Source: Octopus vulgaris
Taxonomy: Eukaryota
Length of the DNA: 64,000 nucleotides
Assembly: GCA_951406725.2 (NCBI GenBank)
Contig: OX597815.1
Span: forward strand, 63,364,001 to 63,428,000
Direction of reading: 5' to 3'
The notes under the pieces are model-generated. The model had not been told where the DNA came from, did no database searches, and saw nothing but the letters and a program-made list of their open reading frames with translations. The number at the start of each line of letters is the position of its first letter. Within the stretch, counting starts at the first letter, position 1. Below are positions 13,016 through 26,636 of this stretch, piece by piece. The translations under genes were made by a program, and so were the position numbers.

Positions 13016-13074
13016 TATATATATGCACACATACATACATACATATGACACCATGCTTGATAGCTAAATCCACA

Positions 13075-13240
13075 AGTTTTTTATTCTCCCTCTGTTCATT
13101 CCCTCTTATTCCTTTCTGCGGAAGAGCGTTGACTCGAAACGTAAAGGACTTTCTTATTTTCCTTAGCGTCAAGCTAATACACCTGTTTGTTGTTCATACA
13201 CCTGTCTTAGACTCATGTTTTCCTATAAATTTCAAATATA
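13075..13240 (+). mobile_element. Family H short repeat with HHR-like motif at 13111-13147
   Basis: ccttt ctgcggaa gagcgttgactc gaaacgt aaagg; flanking sequence matches the 7585-7720 copy. Confidence 0.7.
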
Positions 13241-13317
13241 TATATATATTATTTATGTTTTATGTGATTGAACGCCACGCATTTATTTCCAAGCAAATAT
13301 ACATATGTGTGTGTGTG

Positions 13318-13394
<77 letters not shown>

Positions 13395-13396
13395 AC

Positions 13397-13446
<50 letters not shown>

Positions 13447-13449
<3 letters not shown>

Positions 13450-14005
13450 ATGCCCTGATGCAGTACCAGGCAGTGGCTCTCATGGATTCTGATCTTAACT
13501 GATTGGAAGTGTTATCATGTACATTGTTTTGTCTTGGTATAAAAGATGGGCTACAGCAAATATTCTGCTCAATACCACAGATTTGCTTGTCAGCTGTTTG
13601 ACCGTAACCAATTGAGCATGTCCCTTAGTGGCTGACGATATGTGCAGCTCTGATCACAAGCAGAAGTAGCGGGGGAGCATCATAGCCATGAGTTGAGAGG
13701 GATTCTTTGGGTTTTGAATAATTCACCTTTGGAAGCATGGGTGTTTCGTTCATCATCCTTAAACAACCTTTATTCAGGGACCTTTTGAGAAAGATGGGTT
13801 ACTCGATTAGAAGAAAATTCTAACTGGGCTCCACCTGCATGGTCATGCGCTGTTTATCTTGATATGAGATCACCATGTTGCGCACATATGGTTGTCATGC
13901 ATGTGCCTGGTGTACCCTTATCAGACGGGTAGTCCTGATGGGTATACTGGGCTTCGTATATTTCACCCCAGTGTCACTTTGATGGCATTCACTGCTCTCT
14001 CACTC
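13447..14005. mobile_element. ~560 bp element embedded in an (AAT)n tract
   Basis: Complex non-coding sequence bounded on both sides by aataataat; no ORF. Confidence 0.5.
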
Positions 14006-14039
14006 AATAATAATAATAATAAATGATAATATATATATG

Positions 14040-14662
14040 CATATATGGGTACAGGACGTCACCAACTGTGTAAACAACATGAATTACATAGATAGGCGAG
14101 TTAAATACGTAAAACAACGAGAGAGAAAAAATGGAAAACAGGACAAGTAAACACAGAGAAACGACCCTTCATCTGTTTTCGGCTGTCTATCTACCCCTCA
14201 TTTCGAGCACTCAATGACAATATGAGTCTCCAAAGATCCCATAAATTCTGAAATAAAATTTAGGATTTATGGAGGATCAAAGTTGGGAACAAAAAGAGGA
14301 CAGTGGAGACATACAAGGAACAAAACGAAAACAAGCATGGATGGTCGTTAGACCAGAACGAGAGGAATATTTCTTTCAAAACAGAAAAGATAGAGAAAGA
14401 AAAAATGTCCAGTCGTTTGAACATCCATGCAGGAAAAGAAAGATGGATACGTGAGGAAAAGAAAGATGGGCGATGGTCACGTGTGAGCATCGAAAGAGAG
14501 AGATAAAGAGAAAGAGCGAGAGAGAGACAGAAAACGGTGAAAGAGGGAGGGGAAAAAGGAATTAGAGAAGGATAGTGGCAGAAAACACTACAGAGTTGAG
14601 TCGCATCAAAAGGTGCAAATTTCAACAATATATATAATACACAAACACACACACACACACAT

Positions 14663-14718
<56 letters not shown>

Positions 14719-15113
14719 GAAAAGTAAACAGATAAATGACACTTAATCAGTTGTCGGCTGTCTATCTACCCCATCCATTTCGAGCATTCAACAACAATAT
14801 GAGTCTTCAAAGACAGTTGCTCCCATAAATTCTAAAATAAGATTTAGGATTTATGGAGGATCAAAGTTGGGAACAAAAACAAGACAGTAGAGACATACAA
14901 GAAAACCAAACTTAAACAAACATGGACGGTCTTTAAACCAGAACGAGATGAAAATAATGAACGCTGGGAGAAATATTTCTTTGAAGCGAGAGAAAAAACG
15001 TCCAGTCCTTCCAACATCCGCGTAGGAAAAGAAAGCTGGTCACGTGAGGAAAGGAAAGATGGACGATGGTCACGTATGAGCAACGAAAGAGAGATAAAGA
15101 TAAAGAGGGAGAG

Positions 15114-15155
<42 letters not shown>

Positions 15156-15300
15156 TGGGGAAAGAGGGAGGGGAGAAAAGGGAATTAGAGAAGGCTGGAG
15201 GAAGAAAACAGTATAGAATCGTATCAAAAATGTGAAGGCAAACTTGCTTGGAAATGGATGCGTGGCGTTCAATTAAATAATAAAAATAAATAATAATACA
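14040..15300. mobile_element. Two tandem copies of a ~550 bp non-coding repeat (probably PLE-derived)
   Basis: tcggctgtctatctacccc...atttaggatttatggaggatcaaagttgggaacaaaaa...gatggtcacgt at ~14180-14600 and ~14755-15220; third, rearranged copy at 16098-16375. Confidence 0.8.
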
Positions 15301-15344
15301 TATATAAGCATATATGTATGTGCATATATATATATAGGCAAGTA

Positions 15345-16085
15345 TTGTATACGTGCAGTTTCCTTTTTTTTTTCTTTTTTTTATAAATAATACATGACCA
15401 TGTTATTAAAAATAAACTTACACGCATCCAGATGTAGCTAAGTAATATATTGACTGCCAACCTCCAGCCTGTTGTGGAGTTAGACATTCGCATCAATGAA
15501 CATCTGAACACGAGAGCCTCCTTCTTCAGAAAACATCTAGTCAGATGCCGGAACACCGACAAAAGCTTAACAGTCACAATTGAGGCCAATGAAAGAAATT
15601 CGAGTAATCTAAGAATTAAGGAAGCTTTCATAAACAGACAAGGCCCCCCACATTAACAACAGGCTGGAGGTTGGCAGTGAATATATTATTTAGCTACATC
15701 TGGATGCCTGTAACTTTATTTTTGATAACATGATCATGTATTACTTATAAAAAAAGAAGAAAGAAAACAGGAAAAGGAAACTGCACGTATAATACATAAC
15801 TTAGAAGCAGCGCTACGGATGTGCCAGTAAATACGAGCTTGAGACATGGCTGCCCTCACGCACTTCTCATGAGGAATTCCGAAACGAGCTTCGTTAGACC
15901 ACTGCAGAGACGCTTCCGGAAAAAAATGTTGGCAAACCGATTATAGCAGTGACTTGATCAATTTTTGGGATATCTGAAGAAGGAATTTTTATTCCGAAAT
16001 ATATGAGACTATGGATGATTAAATTTTAACAGTTATTATAGTCCATTGTTGTTATTGTAGTGCATTGTTGTGCCATTCAAGACAC
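15345..16085 (+). mobile_element. 5'-truncated Penelope-like element with inverted upstream pLTR
   Basis: GIY-YIG tail LDIRINEHLN...RKHLVRC...LRIKEAFI...INNRLE (15480-15680); arms ~15348-15475 and ~15657-15792 are inverted; two degenerate HHR motifs at 15866-15895 and 15974-16003. Confidence 0.85.
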
Positions 16086-16097
16086 ATTACAAATTTG

Positions 16098-16369
16098 CAT
16101 ATATGGGTACAGGACGTCACCAACTGTGTAAACAACATGAAATACATAGATAAACGAGTTAAGTACGTAAACAACGAGCGAAAAAATGGAAAATTGGACT
16201 TTAACCTTCCACAAATCCTAAATTTTATTTTAGAATTTATGGGAGCAACTGTCTTTAAAGACTCATATTGTCGTTGAATGCTCGAAATGAGGAGTAGATA
16301 GTTGTTTACGTATTTAGCTCGATTGTCTATATATTTTGTGTTATTTACACATTTGGTGAAGTTCTGTAC

Positions 16370-16375
<6 letters not shown>
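16098..16375. repeat. Fold-back copy of the 14040 family
   Basis: atatgggtacaggacgtcaccaa...tacgtaaacaac pairs with gttgtttacgta...ttggtgaagttctgtacccatat; the spacer is an inverted internal piece of the same family. Confidence 0.8.
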
Positions 16376-16419
<44 letters not shown>

Positions 16420-16844
16420 TATTATTATTATTTAATTTCCATCCATTTCCAGATAAGCGTATATAGATATATATATTCTGGACAACTGTGAAATACCAAG
16501 AATCTAAATAATGTTGAATACTCTGGAACAACTGCGATACCTCTCACCGTGGATTAGGAAACAAAATGGGGATATAACTGATATTAATTGGAAACAAGAT
16601 GAACTACGAAATGGTATTAGAGTAATTGTTCGAACTATGAAAAACTATGTAAGACATAAGTAAAAAGTGTTTAAATATGAAGTGTATTTGCACTTGATTT
16701 CAATCTTACTCATATCCCGTTACATAAACAGAACTATGTGACTCGGTTCCATCGAAATACTCGACAAATGACCTCCAATGGAAACTGTTCTCTTTCAGCG
16801 TGGTAAATATTTGAACGAATTTTCCAAAACTTTTATATCTTTTT

Positions 16845-17075
16845 TTATTTACTTGTCTCAGTTATTGGACTGTGGTCATGCTGGAGCCCCGCCTTGAAGA
16901 ATTTTTAACCGAATAAATCGACCCCCACTCCTTTTCTTCTTTTCAAGCCGTGGACTTATTCTATCGGTCTGTTTTGCTGAACCGCTAAGTTACGGGGGAT
17001 GTAAAGAAACCAACTGCGGCTGTCAAGCGGTGGTAGGGAACAAACACTGACACAGACACATACAGACATACCCAG

Positions 17076-17106
<31 letters not shown>

Positions 17107-17296
17107 CAACACACATGCACACACACACACTCATACGACGGGTTCTTTCAGTTTCTATCTACTAAATCCACTCACAAGTCTTTGGTCGGCCTGTGGCTAT
17201 AGTAGAAGGTATTTGCCCAACGTCTCATGTAGTGGGACTGAACCCGAAACCATGTGGTCTGGAAGCAAGCTTCTTACCATACAACCATGCCTACGG
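16845..17296 (-). mobile_element. SINE family A
   Basis: Reverse complement of family A (gggactgaacccg, aaatccactcacaag, accgctaagttacggg). Confidence 0.88.
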
Positions 17297-17470
17297 CTAA
17301 CAATCAAAGTTCAACCTCGGTAATCACACGACTGCCAATAGCCGTTAGTCACAATTATTATTTGGTTGCTTTTCCGTAGGAAATAGACAGAAAATCATTC
17401 AAACCTCGAAGCAGCGAAGAAAGAAAAACGCTTCATAAAATGCTACACCAAACTAGGTCGATGTAACAAC

Positions 17471-17519
<49 letters not shown>

Positions 17520-18049
17520 GTGTTTGTGTGTGTTTTAATTATTGGTTAGAAACGATGACGATATGTAAAATGCAATCGATTATAGATTATTGGGCCTTCT
17601 TTGATTATACAGATCATTCATAGTCGTCATCAACATATCGAAAGGCATTCACATCTATAAATATATCCGTCTATTTATATAATCACGCATACATATATAC
17701 ATATTGGTGTATGAGTGGCCGGAAGTGCGGGCAAAATTAGAGAAATGTCTGCCGAAGATTCATGTTTTATGCTTTATGAGAGTACGCCAGTCCCAACCAA
17801 AGACCGTTCTGTGTTTGAGCGATCACCATTAGCCACAATGTTATACTAAAATTTTATCATAGCATCCTTCCGCTCAATTGTATGCGCGAGGCTTTCTCTT
17901 GGTGCAGGGCACAATTTGAACAAATCTATATAACTGGCTTAAAAGTGGTCCTGCGGGTGTGTTTAACTTTTGGCATTGAATGCTGAGTTGATAGCAACAG
18001 GTAGAAAGCCAATGAATTACCTTAGAGCAATTCACCAAGTTCCAGATCA

Positions 18050-18250
18050 GTCTGGTGATGGAGGTCATGAAATAAGAGCACGACCAGTCTTCGTCACTCA
18101 ATGGAATCTGGAAAGACTGAGCGCTTAAGAAGACCGTCAAGCTAAAGCCCATAAACACAATAGTTTGGCTTGTTGCACTGCATGGGTGTGAAAGTTGGAT
18201 TTTAAGAGAAAATGACACTAGCAAACTCAAAGCATTTCAAATAACATTAC
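18050..18250 (+). pseudogene. RTE-type LINE reverse transcriptase C-terminal fragment
   Basis: SLNGIWKD*ALKKTVKLKPINTIVWLVALHGCESWILRENDTSKLKAF matches the RTE LYGCESW motif region. Confidence 0.8.
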
Positions 18251-18382
18251 CGTGGTGCATATAAGTATGTACGTACATACATACATACATACATGCATAC
18301 ATACATACATACATACATATATACACATGTATATGTATGTATGTATAAGTATATGCATATTATGCATATGCATAAGTCAATG

Positions 18383-18427
<45 letters not shown>

Positions 18428-18924
18428 ATATGTATATGTATGTGTATGGTGTGTGTGTATGTTCTGTTAATATTCTTTATGTCAGAAAGAAAAGTAATAC
18501 TTGTATCTGTCCACAGTTTTCTTCCCCCATTTTATGTCGTGTTCTGCTTTCTAAGCATTTCTTTAAAGCGTTTATTTTCTGATATATGAATCATCAATCA
18601 TAAAACCAGGGGAGTAGCACCGTGAAATTTGAAGTTTGGGGCTCTAAAGCTACTGAAACTATACTGATTTTTGTGGGCATGGTGCACAAGGGGTGATGTG
18701 TCTTGTATTAGTTTTACTATTGATCGTCTATACGTCACATTTCGTTCTCCAGAATATGCATATACATATATGCATACATAAGTGTGCGTGCGTCTGAGCT
18801 GTTTGTGTGTGTGTGTGTGTGTGTGTGAATGACTCAGGGGCCGAAAGTTTTGTGCGTTATCATTTATCATAAACACACACACGCTCACACACATACAAAC
18901 ACAAACAAACAAACAAGCACACAC

Positions 18925-19170
18925 GAACAAGAAGGTGCTGAAAAGTTCTTGGCTTTGGGCAAAAGAAAATACAGGAAGATCAGTTAATTATGATTCTATT
19001 CAACATATCCCCCTCTCAGATTCACGCAATGTCCGTGCTCTTAAAATTCAACTTTCACAGCGTGTTCTTCAGGATTTCTAAGCCCTGTAATAGAACTACG
19101 AAGGTTGCGCCTCCAACAAGGGCTTTCGCGACACTCTGAAAACCAAGAACATTTTAGCACAACTTCGTAT
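18925..19170. mobile_element. Mariner-derived MITE, degraded
   Basis: ggtgctgaaaagttcttggctt ... aaccaagaacattttagcac; same family as 31747-31961. Confidence 0.8.
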
Positions 19171-19203
19171 GTATGTATATATATGTTTTCTTTTTTCTTT
19201 TCT

Positions 19204-19593
19204 CTTTTTTACTTGTTTCAGTCATTTGACTGCGGCCATGCTGGAGCACCGCCTTTAGTTGAGCAAATCGACCCCAGGACTTATTCTTTGTAAGCCCAGT
19301 ACTTATTCTATCAGTCTCTTTTGCTGAACCGCTAAGTGACGGGGACGTAAACACACCACACATCGGTTGTCAAGCAATGCTAGGGGGACAAACACACACA
19401 CAAACACACATATATATATATATACATATATACGACAGGCTTCTTTCAGTTTCCGTCTACCAAATCCACTCACAAGGCATTGGTTGGCCCGGGGCTATAG
19501 CAGAAGACACTTGCCCAAGATGCCATGCAGTGGGACTGAACCCGGAACCATGTGGTTGGTTAGCAAGCTACTTACCACACAGCCACTCCTGCA

Positions 19594-19595
<2 letters not shown>
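19204..19595 (-). mobile_element. SINE family A, full length
   Basis: Close reverse-complement match to 11378-11772. Confidence 0.92.
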
Positions 19596-19653
<58 letters not shown>

Positions 19654-19751
19654 CATGTATGTGTGTATGCGTGTGCGTGTGTGTATGTATGTGTGTGTTT
19701 GTTTGTGTGTGTTGGTTTGTGTATGTGTGTGGGTGTGTTTGTGTGGGTGTA

Positions 19752-19790
<39 letters not shown>

Positions 19791-20468
19791 CATTGTGTCT
19801 GTGCTTATACCCCACCACCGCTTGACAACAAACTTGTTGATTTGTTTATGCCCCCGTAACCCAGCCGTTCGGCAGAGAAGTCCGATAGAAGCTCCCCCTT
19901 CATACTGATTTTTACCATGAACCACACCTTCTCCCATCTTTTTCACCACCCACTACTTCCACTTCTAGTCCAATTTCCACCCACCTGCCACTCTACTCCT
20001 ACACTCTTGTGTAATTATCCACACTTGCCTTTCATCCCGATCCACGCTCTGTATTCTTCCTTATATTTCACTCATATCTATACTCTGAATTCTTAAACAA
20101 AAAGTACCATGGTCGATTCATTTTGCTAAAACTTCTCCAGCATTGCCGCAGCCCAATGATGGAAACAAATGAAAGATAGACGTTACACATGTTGTGCAAT
20201 GCCTTGTTAAATCGAAAATTGTAGGCTGTGCAATCGCCGGCGAGGCGATTTTCCGGTCGAGTACGATGACACCTCGTCAAACATGGAAAGCGGGGGCATG
20301 AACTTGGTTGAAGTAGACCGCAGCTGCAATTACCTCATGCACGGACATTGCAGAATTTTTGCATGGAAAATGGTCAGTAATGTCCTTTCTCGGTTACGAG
20401 TGGACAGCCAACATCATCATATACACACACATATATAAATACATACACATCTATAAATATCTGTATGA

Positions 20469-20507
<39 letters not shown>

Positions 20508-20623
20508 ATCAGCTGAAATTGCAAGAATAATCTGGTGCTTGACTGAGGAAAGAAAACTTCGAACCACCCGTCCTTGTTTTCTTTGTATCGTCTATCTGGA
20601 TGTTTTGTGTCCTTGTCCCATTT

Positions 20624-20660
<37 letters not shown>

Positions 20661-20771
20661 ATTTAGGAATGGTCATTTTGCCAGTTTAGCCAATAAAAAC
20701 ACACGCACTATATATTTGGTGTTACTTTGCATCAGCGTTATTTATTTTTACATTAAACTTAATCTTATTTA

Positions 20772-20816
20772 GGGCAGAGTTCTTTCGTCACACTCCTGTG
20801 ACCGCATCAGCGGTCC
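20772..20816 (-). ncRNA. Hammerhead-like motif with CUGAUGC core
   Basis: Reverse complement: GGACCG CUGAUGC G GUCACA-GGAG-UGUGAC GAAA G-AA-C U C UGCCC. Confidence 0.6.
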
Positions 20817-21299
20817 TTTGCTTTCTTCTTTCTTATTTGTGTGTCTCTCCTTACTAACCGTCAGTCATTTTGTATTTCTTTTGCATGCGTCTTTCATTTG
20901 CGCATGCGTATATCTCTATGTGCGTCTATGTTTAGTTAGTGTGTGAGGGGGGGGATGCCTGTAATATTTGTATCTTCTGTTTATATACGTTCGTGCCATT
21001 TGTTTTTGTTTTTGTTTATTCTTATTTTGTTCATGTGTTTACACACACTTATTATTATTATCATTATTATTATTATTGTTATTATTATTATTATTATTAT
21101 TGTTATTATTATTATTATTATTATTGTTATTATTATTATGTATGCATGTATGTATGTATAACGACAATAATAATAACAATAAAAAAATTTTTAATTTAAA
21201 AATAAAAAATTAAAAAATAAAAAATGTTTAAAAAATGTATATAGTTATTTACTTCCATTTCTTTATTTTTCTGTGTATTTTATTTTATTATGTTTTCAG

Positions 21300-22336
21300 T
21301 TTTGTTCATATTGTAGCCAGTTTATGGGGATCCTCTTCTGTCATATGTTGTGGTGTGTGCTAGGGTTCCATTCCCGTTTCCTATTCAGGCTAGGTTTATC
21401 TTCTATAATGTGTGTAGCTTCCATAATTTGTCTGATTGTTGCGTCTATTCTATGTGTGTTCAAGCTCGGCGTGTTTGTACAGAACCGATGAGCTCTTTCC
21501 TTCTTTCCAATGTACATTTACCCGCTCTCCTATGCTTCGTGCCGTTTCCCCTAAGTATGTCGTTGTCTTGTTACTCTTTGCATCTTATACTATAGACTAC
21601 ATTCTGGCTTTACAGTTTGTTTGTGGGCTAAATCTACACACAGTACAGTACCTATCCGTACAGGGTGTTCTACTAAAAGGGTAGGTTCTACCGATTATGG
21701 ATATGATAGGGTTGCCTGGCTTTTCAACAACCTTAATCCTTAGCTTAAGTTTGTCTAGGGTCCTTCTAAAGCGGTACGCCAGTTCACCTCTAGGGGTGGT
21801 GTCGACGAACACGACACTCTGGTATTTGTCGCTATCATACCAAGAGTTGGCCTTCCCTATTTTCTTCTTTGTCCTTTCCATAGTGTTCCATGACTTGCTC
21901 CTATAGAGTGTGCAAATCCAATTCCTATCATTACATAAGATAGTATCAAATTTCTTCATGGCTCCTTTGTATACTCTGATCCTTTCTTTATGGCTGTAAC
22001 CTGAGAACTGCATGCGGTGAACGAAATGTTGTAGTGTCTCTTTAACTCTGTAGGCTTGCACATGCTGGACACATTTCTCATTATTCTGACGAGGTCTGCC
22101 ATCAAAATATTGAATTTGGCATTGTACGCAATGGCTGAGTTCCGATGGATCAAGTATTTGGAGGCCATAGGTTTGGCATAGTACGAATGAAGGATTCGGG
22201 TTTTATTATTCCCAGTTTCTAGCCAGAGTTCTGTGTCTAGTACTGGTAGTCTATGGTTAGGATGTTTAGTAGGGTAGTCTATTGTGACCTTAATACTCTG
22301 GTGGATGGAGTTAGCTATTTGCTGGATGCTCTCCAT
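21300..22336 (-). pseudogene. PLE RT thumb/linker/GIY-YIG ORF, frameshifted
   Basis: IANSIHQSIKVTID...LPVLDTELW...YAKPMASKYLIHRNSA...RMQFSGYS...VVFVDTTPRGEL...IKVVEKPG...CTVC...NCK...LGETARSIGER. Confidence 0.9.
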
Positions 22337-22405
22337 AGTATTTTTTTATCTTTTATTTTTTTAATTTTTATTATTATTACTATTATTGTTGTTATACATA
22401 CATAC

Positions 22406-22472
<67 letters not shown>

Positions 22473-22476
22473 TAAC

Positions 22477-22518
<42 letters not shown>

Positions 22519-22789
22519 TAATAATAATGATAATAATGATAATAATAATAATAAGTGGGTGTAAACACATGAATAAAATAAGAATAAACAAAAACAAAAA
22601 CAAATGACACAAACGTATATAAACAGAAGATACAAATATTACAGGCATTTCCCCACCTCCACACACATTAACTAAACAGAGACGCACACAGAGATATACG
22701 CATGCGCAAATGAACACGCATACAATAGAAATGCAAAATGGCTGACGGTTAGTAAGGAGAGACACACAAATAAGAAAGAAGAAAGCAAA

Positions 22790-22834
22790 GGACCACTGAT
22801 GCGGTCACAGGAATGTGACGAAAGAACTCTGGCC
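22790..22834 (+). ncRNA. Hammerhead-like motif with CUGAUGC core
   Basis: ggacca ctgatgc g gtcaca-ggaa-tgtgac gaaa gaactc tggcc. Confidence 0.6.
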
Positions 22835-23005
22835 GAAATGAGATTAAGATTAATGTAAAAAATAAATAACGCTGAAGCAAAGTAACACCAAATATATAGT
22901 GCTTGTGTTTTTATTGGCTAAACTGGCAAAATAACCATTCCTAAATACAACAATATCTGCTTCAACACACGATTTCACATAAAAAATCTTGCACAACAAC
23001 TATAT

Positions 23006-23111
<106 letters not shown>

Positions 23112-23752
23112 GTGTGTATGCATTTATATATATATGTGTGTATGTGAGAGTTATCACATGTATATGTGATACATTGATTATCAATGTATCACATTGTTAA
23201 CGTCCATCCGTATATATATTATCCTATTTTCTAAAACAAAAATTAAAATATATACAAAATAATTAATTGCAAGTCTGAGCCAAAAAATAACCAAGCAAAA
23301 ATATATAAGTACTAAAAAGAAAATAAAACAAAAAAAACACTCTCAATCTTTATCTGTCTGTCTATCTGTTTTTTCCTATTTTTCTCTATCTCCCCCTCAT
23401 ACACATAAGCGTACTTGGAAATCGTACAATGAATATTCTGATGAACAGAGTTCCCTTGCGAACACTAATTGTTAAACACAATACATACGCATACAGTAAC
23501 ATTAAATAACTGGCGGCCATACACGTATTCATACACTCACAAGTATAGACAGCCATAGACACATATAAACGCATATACACATACATTTATACACAAACAA
23601 GTTATATACAAAACGTTGTCTTAGTAGAACGAATATTTCACGGGGGCCATTTTAATTCGTTTAGCAGTATATTTATACCTCCGTATATGAATGTATATAT
23701 ATACATAGACACATAGATACGTATATACATACATACATATATATATAAATAC

Positions 23753-23784
<32 letters not shown>

Positions 23785-23910
23785 GTATGTATGTAAGTAT
23801 GTATGTATATATATCTACATATGTATGTATATGCATTTTTAGACGTATGTGTACATTACATATATATGTATATCATATATGAATATCTATCTATCTATCT
23901 ATCTATCTAT

Positions 23911-24000
<90 letters not shown>

Positions 24001-24186
24001 TATTACATGTATTTATTCTTTGTATGTATACGTATGTGTATTTCTAGAGTATAGTTGTGTGGGTGTGACAAAAGTGAGCGGAACGGTGTGAGAAGTGAAA
24101 TACTTTGTTGCTCACTGCACCTTTGTCTCCTGATACATAAAAACCAACCTGCGTAGGAATACAAAAACATATACTACCATACACGC

Positions 24187-24244
<58 letters not shown>

Positions 24245-24393
24245 GCATATGCGTGTAGGTGTATATGTTTTTGTATATATATATATATATATATATATGA
24301 TATATCGAACGATGTCTGATTGTCCTCAAAGTCCAACTTTACTCTGTTCTATACCACCTGCCCATCCATACATCCTAACAACCACTTCAGCTC

Positions 24394-24478
<85 letters not shown>

Positions 24479-24497
24479 TATATATATATATACATAT

Positions 24498-24557
<60 letters not shown>

Positions 24558-25433
24558 TGGTTGTTGTGGTGGTGGTGGTAAAGAGTTATTGGTAATGGTG
24601 GCTTCAGTGGCGGCAGTAGTGATAGCAGTAGTGGTGGTGGTGGTGGTGGTGGTGGTGGTGATGGTGCAGTGTTAGGTGGTCGGTGTGTAGGTGGGGAACT
24701 GATATGAGGGCGGTGAAATTGGGTGGATAAGTGACGGGTGTGTGTTTAATGGATGATGGTGATAATAGGGAATGATGGCGGCAGCGGCGGCGGAGGATGG
24801 TGTGGGTACGGTTTCTAAGAGATTATTTGTAAGAACGAAAGAGACATATTGTGTGAAGGAGAGAATAAAGAGAAGGAATTAATGAATGAATGGATAAATG
24901 AATAAATGAATGGAGGTGTATGGAGGAAAGAAGGGGTAGCTGAAAGAAGAATGACTAATTGTGTATATTTCGGAGTATGGGAATATACATACATACATAC
25001 ATACATACATGCATACATACATACATGCATACATACATACATGCATACATATACATGTATATATAATATATATGCACATATATATGTTACTAGAAATATA
25101 AATATGTATAACAAAAAAGAGTATACACACACACACACATATATATGTATATATATATACATATGTATGTATGTATGTATGTATTTATGTATATACATAT
25201 GCATATACATATTTATATGAATTCATGTATATACAGTGCGCGCATGCACACACACACATAGATATACATACATAAATGTGTGTATGAGAATTATACAGAC
25301 ACACATACATACGTAGATATAAAGATATGGATATGTGCACGTATATATATGTATGTCTTCAATATGTATGTACAATACTTATATATGGGTGTGGATGTTG
25401 AAGACTTTTATATATGTATATATATATATATAT

Positions 25434-25476
<43 letters not shown>

Positions 25477-25551
25477 TAGATATAGGTATATATACATATG
25501 TGCATATATACATATGTGTTGTTTGTCTCTGTGTGTGCACGTTGCATGTAT

Positions 25552-25815
25552 GTGGATGTGTTTTTCCAACCACATGGTTTCAAGTTCTTACCCACTGGGT
25601 AGCACCTAGGGCGAGAATCTTCTATTATAGGCTCAGTCCGACCAAAACCTTGTGAGCAGAATTAGTTAGCGGAAACTGAAAGAAACCCCTCGTATATATA
25701 TATATCTTTGTGTGCACATGTGTGTGTGTTTGAACATGTGTATGTATGTGTTTACGTCACCATTACATAGCGGTTCAGCAAAAGTGATCGATAAGGTAAG
25801 AACCATGGCTTTACA

Positions 25816-25868
<53 letters not shown>

Positions 25869-25875
25869 TAATCAC

Positions 25876-25938
<63 letters not shown>

Positions 25939-26030
25939 AAGTACTGGGGTCGATTCATTCGACTGGAATTCTGTAAGGCAGTGCCCCAGCATGACCGCAG
26001 TTTAGAAACTGAAACAAGTATAAGATAAAT
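25552..26030 (+). mobile_element. SINE family A with internal (AAT)n/(ATT)n expansion
   Basis: ccaaccacatggtttcaagttc...ggaaactgaaagaaaccc...agtactggggtcgattc...cagcatgaccgcag. Confidence 0.8.
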
Positions 26031-26067
26031 GATTAAAGATATATAATGCGTTAACTCCATTTTTTTA

Positions 26068-26107
<40 letters not shown>

Positions 26108-26133
26108 CACACACGCATATATATACACATATA

Positions 26134-26172
<39 letters not shown>

Positions 26173-26242
26173 TTATATATATATATGTACGTATATATAT
26201 GTATGTATATATATATATATATATATACATATATACACACAT

Positions 26243-26354
<112 letters not shown>

Positions 26355-26592
26355 GTATTATATGCGTTATGCATATATATATATATATATATTCTCAGTG
26401 TGTGACTTGAGAAATGAATAGTTGAAAGCGTCAGCGTCTGCCTAAATGTTATTGAAGCATTAAGATATGTTTTGTTGTTTTTCTATATATTTAACGCTTG
26501 ATGACGGACTTACGGGATATATAGCGGGTGGGTAGATAGATAGAAATAGAAAAATGAACAGTGGGCGGTGGTTGAAGGGTGCCTGACAAAGA

Positions 26593-26636
<44 letters not shown>

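Larger units (their letters stand above)
20652..22955 (-). mobile_element. 5'-truncated Penelope-like retroelement with ~550-600 bp inverted pseudo-LTRs
   Basis: Arms ~20652-21220 and ~22340-22955 are reverse complements, including internal (AAT)n; they enclose RT thumb and GIY-YIG coding sequence; HHR-like motif in each arm. Confidence 0.92.
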
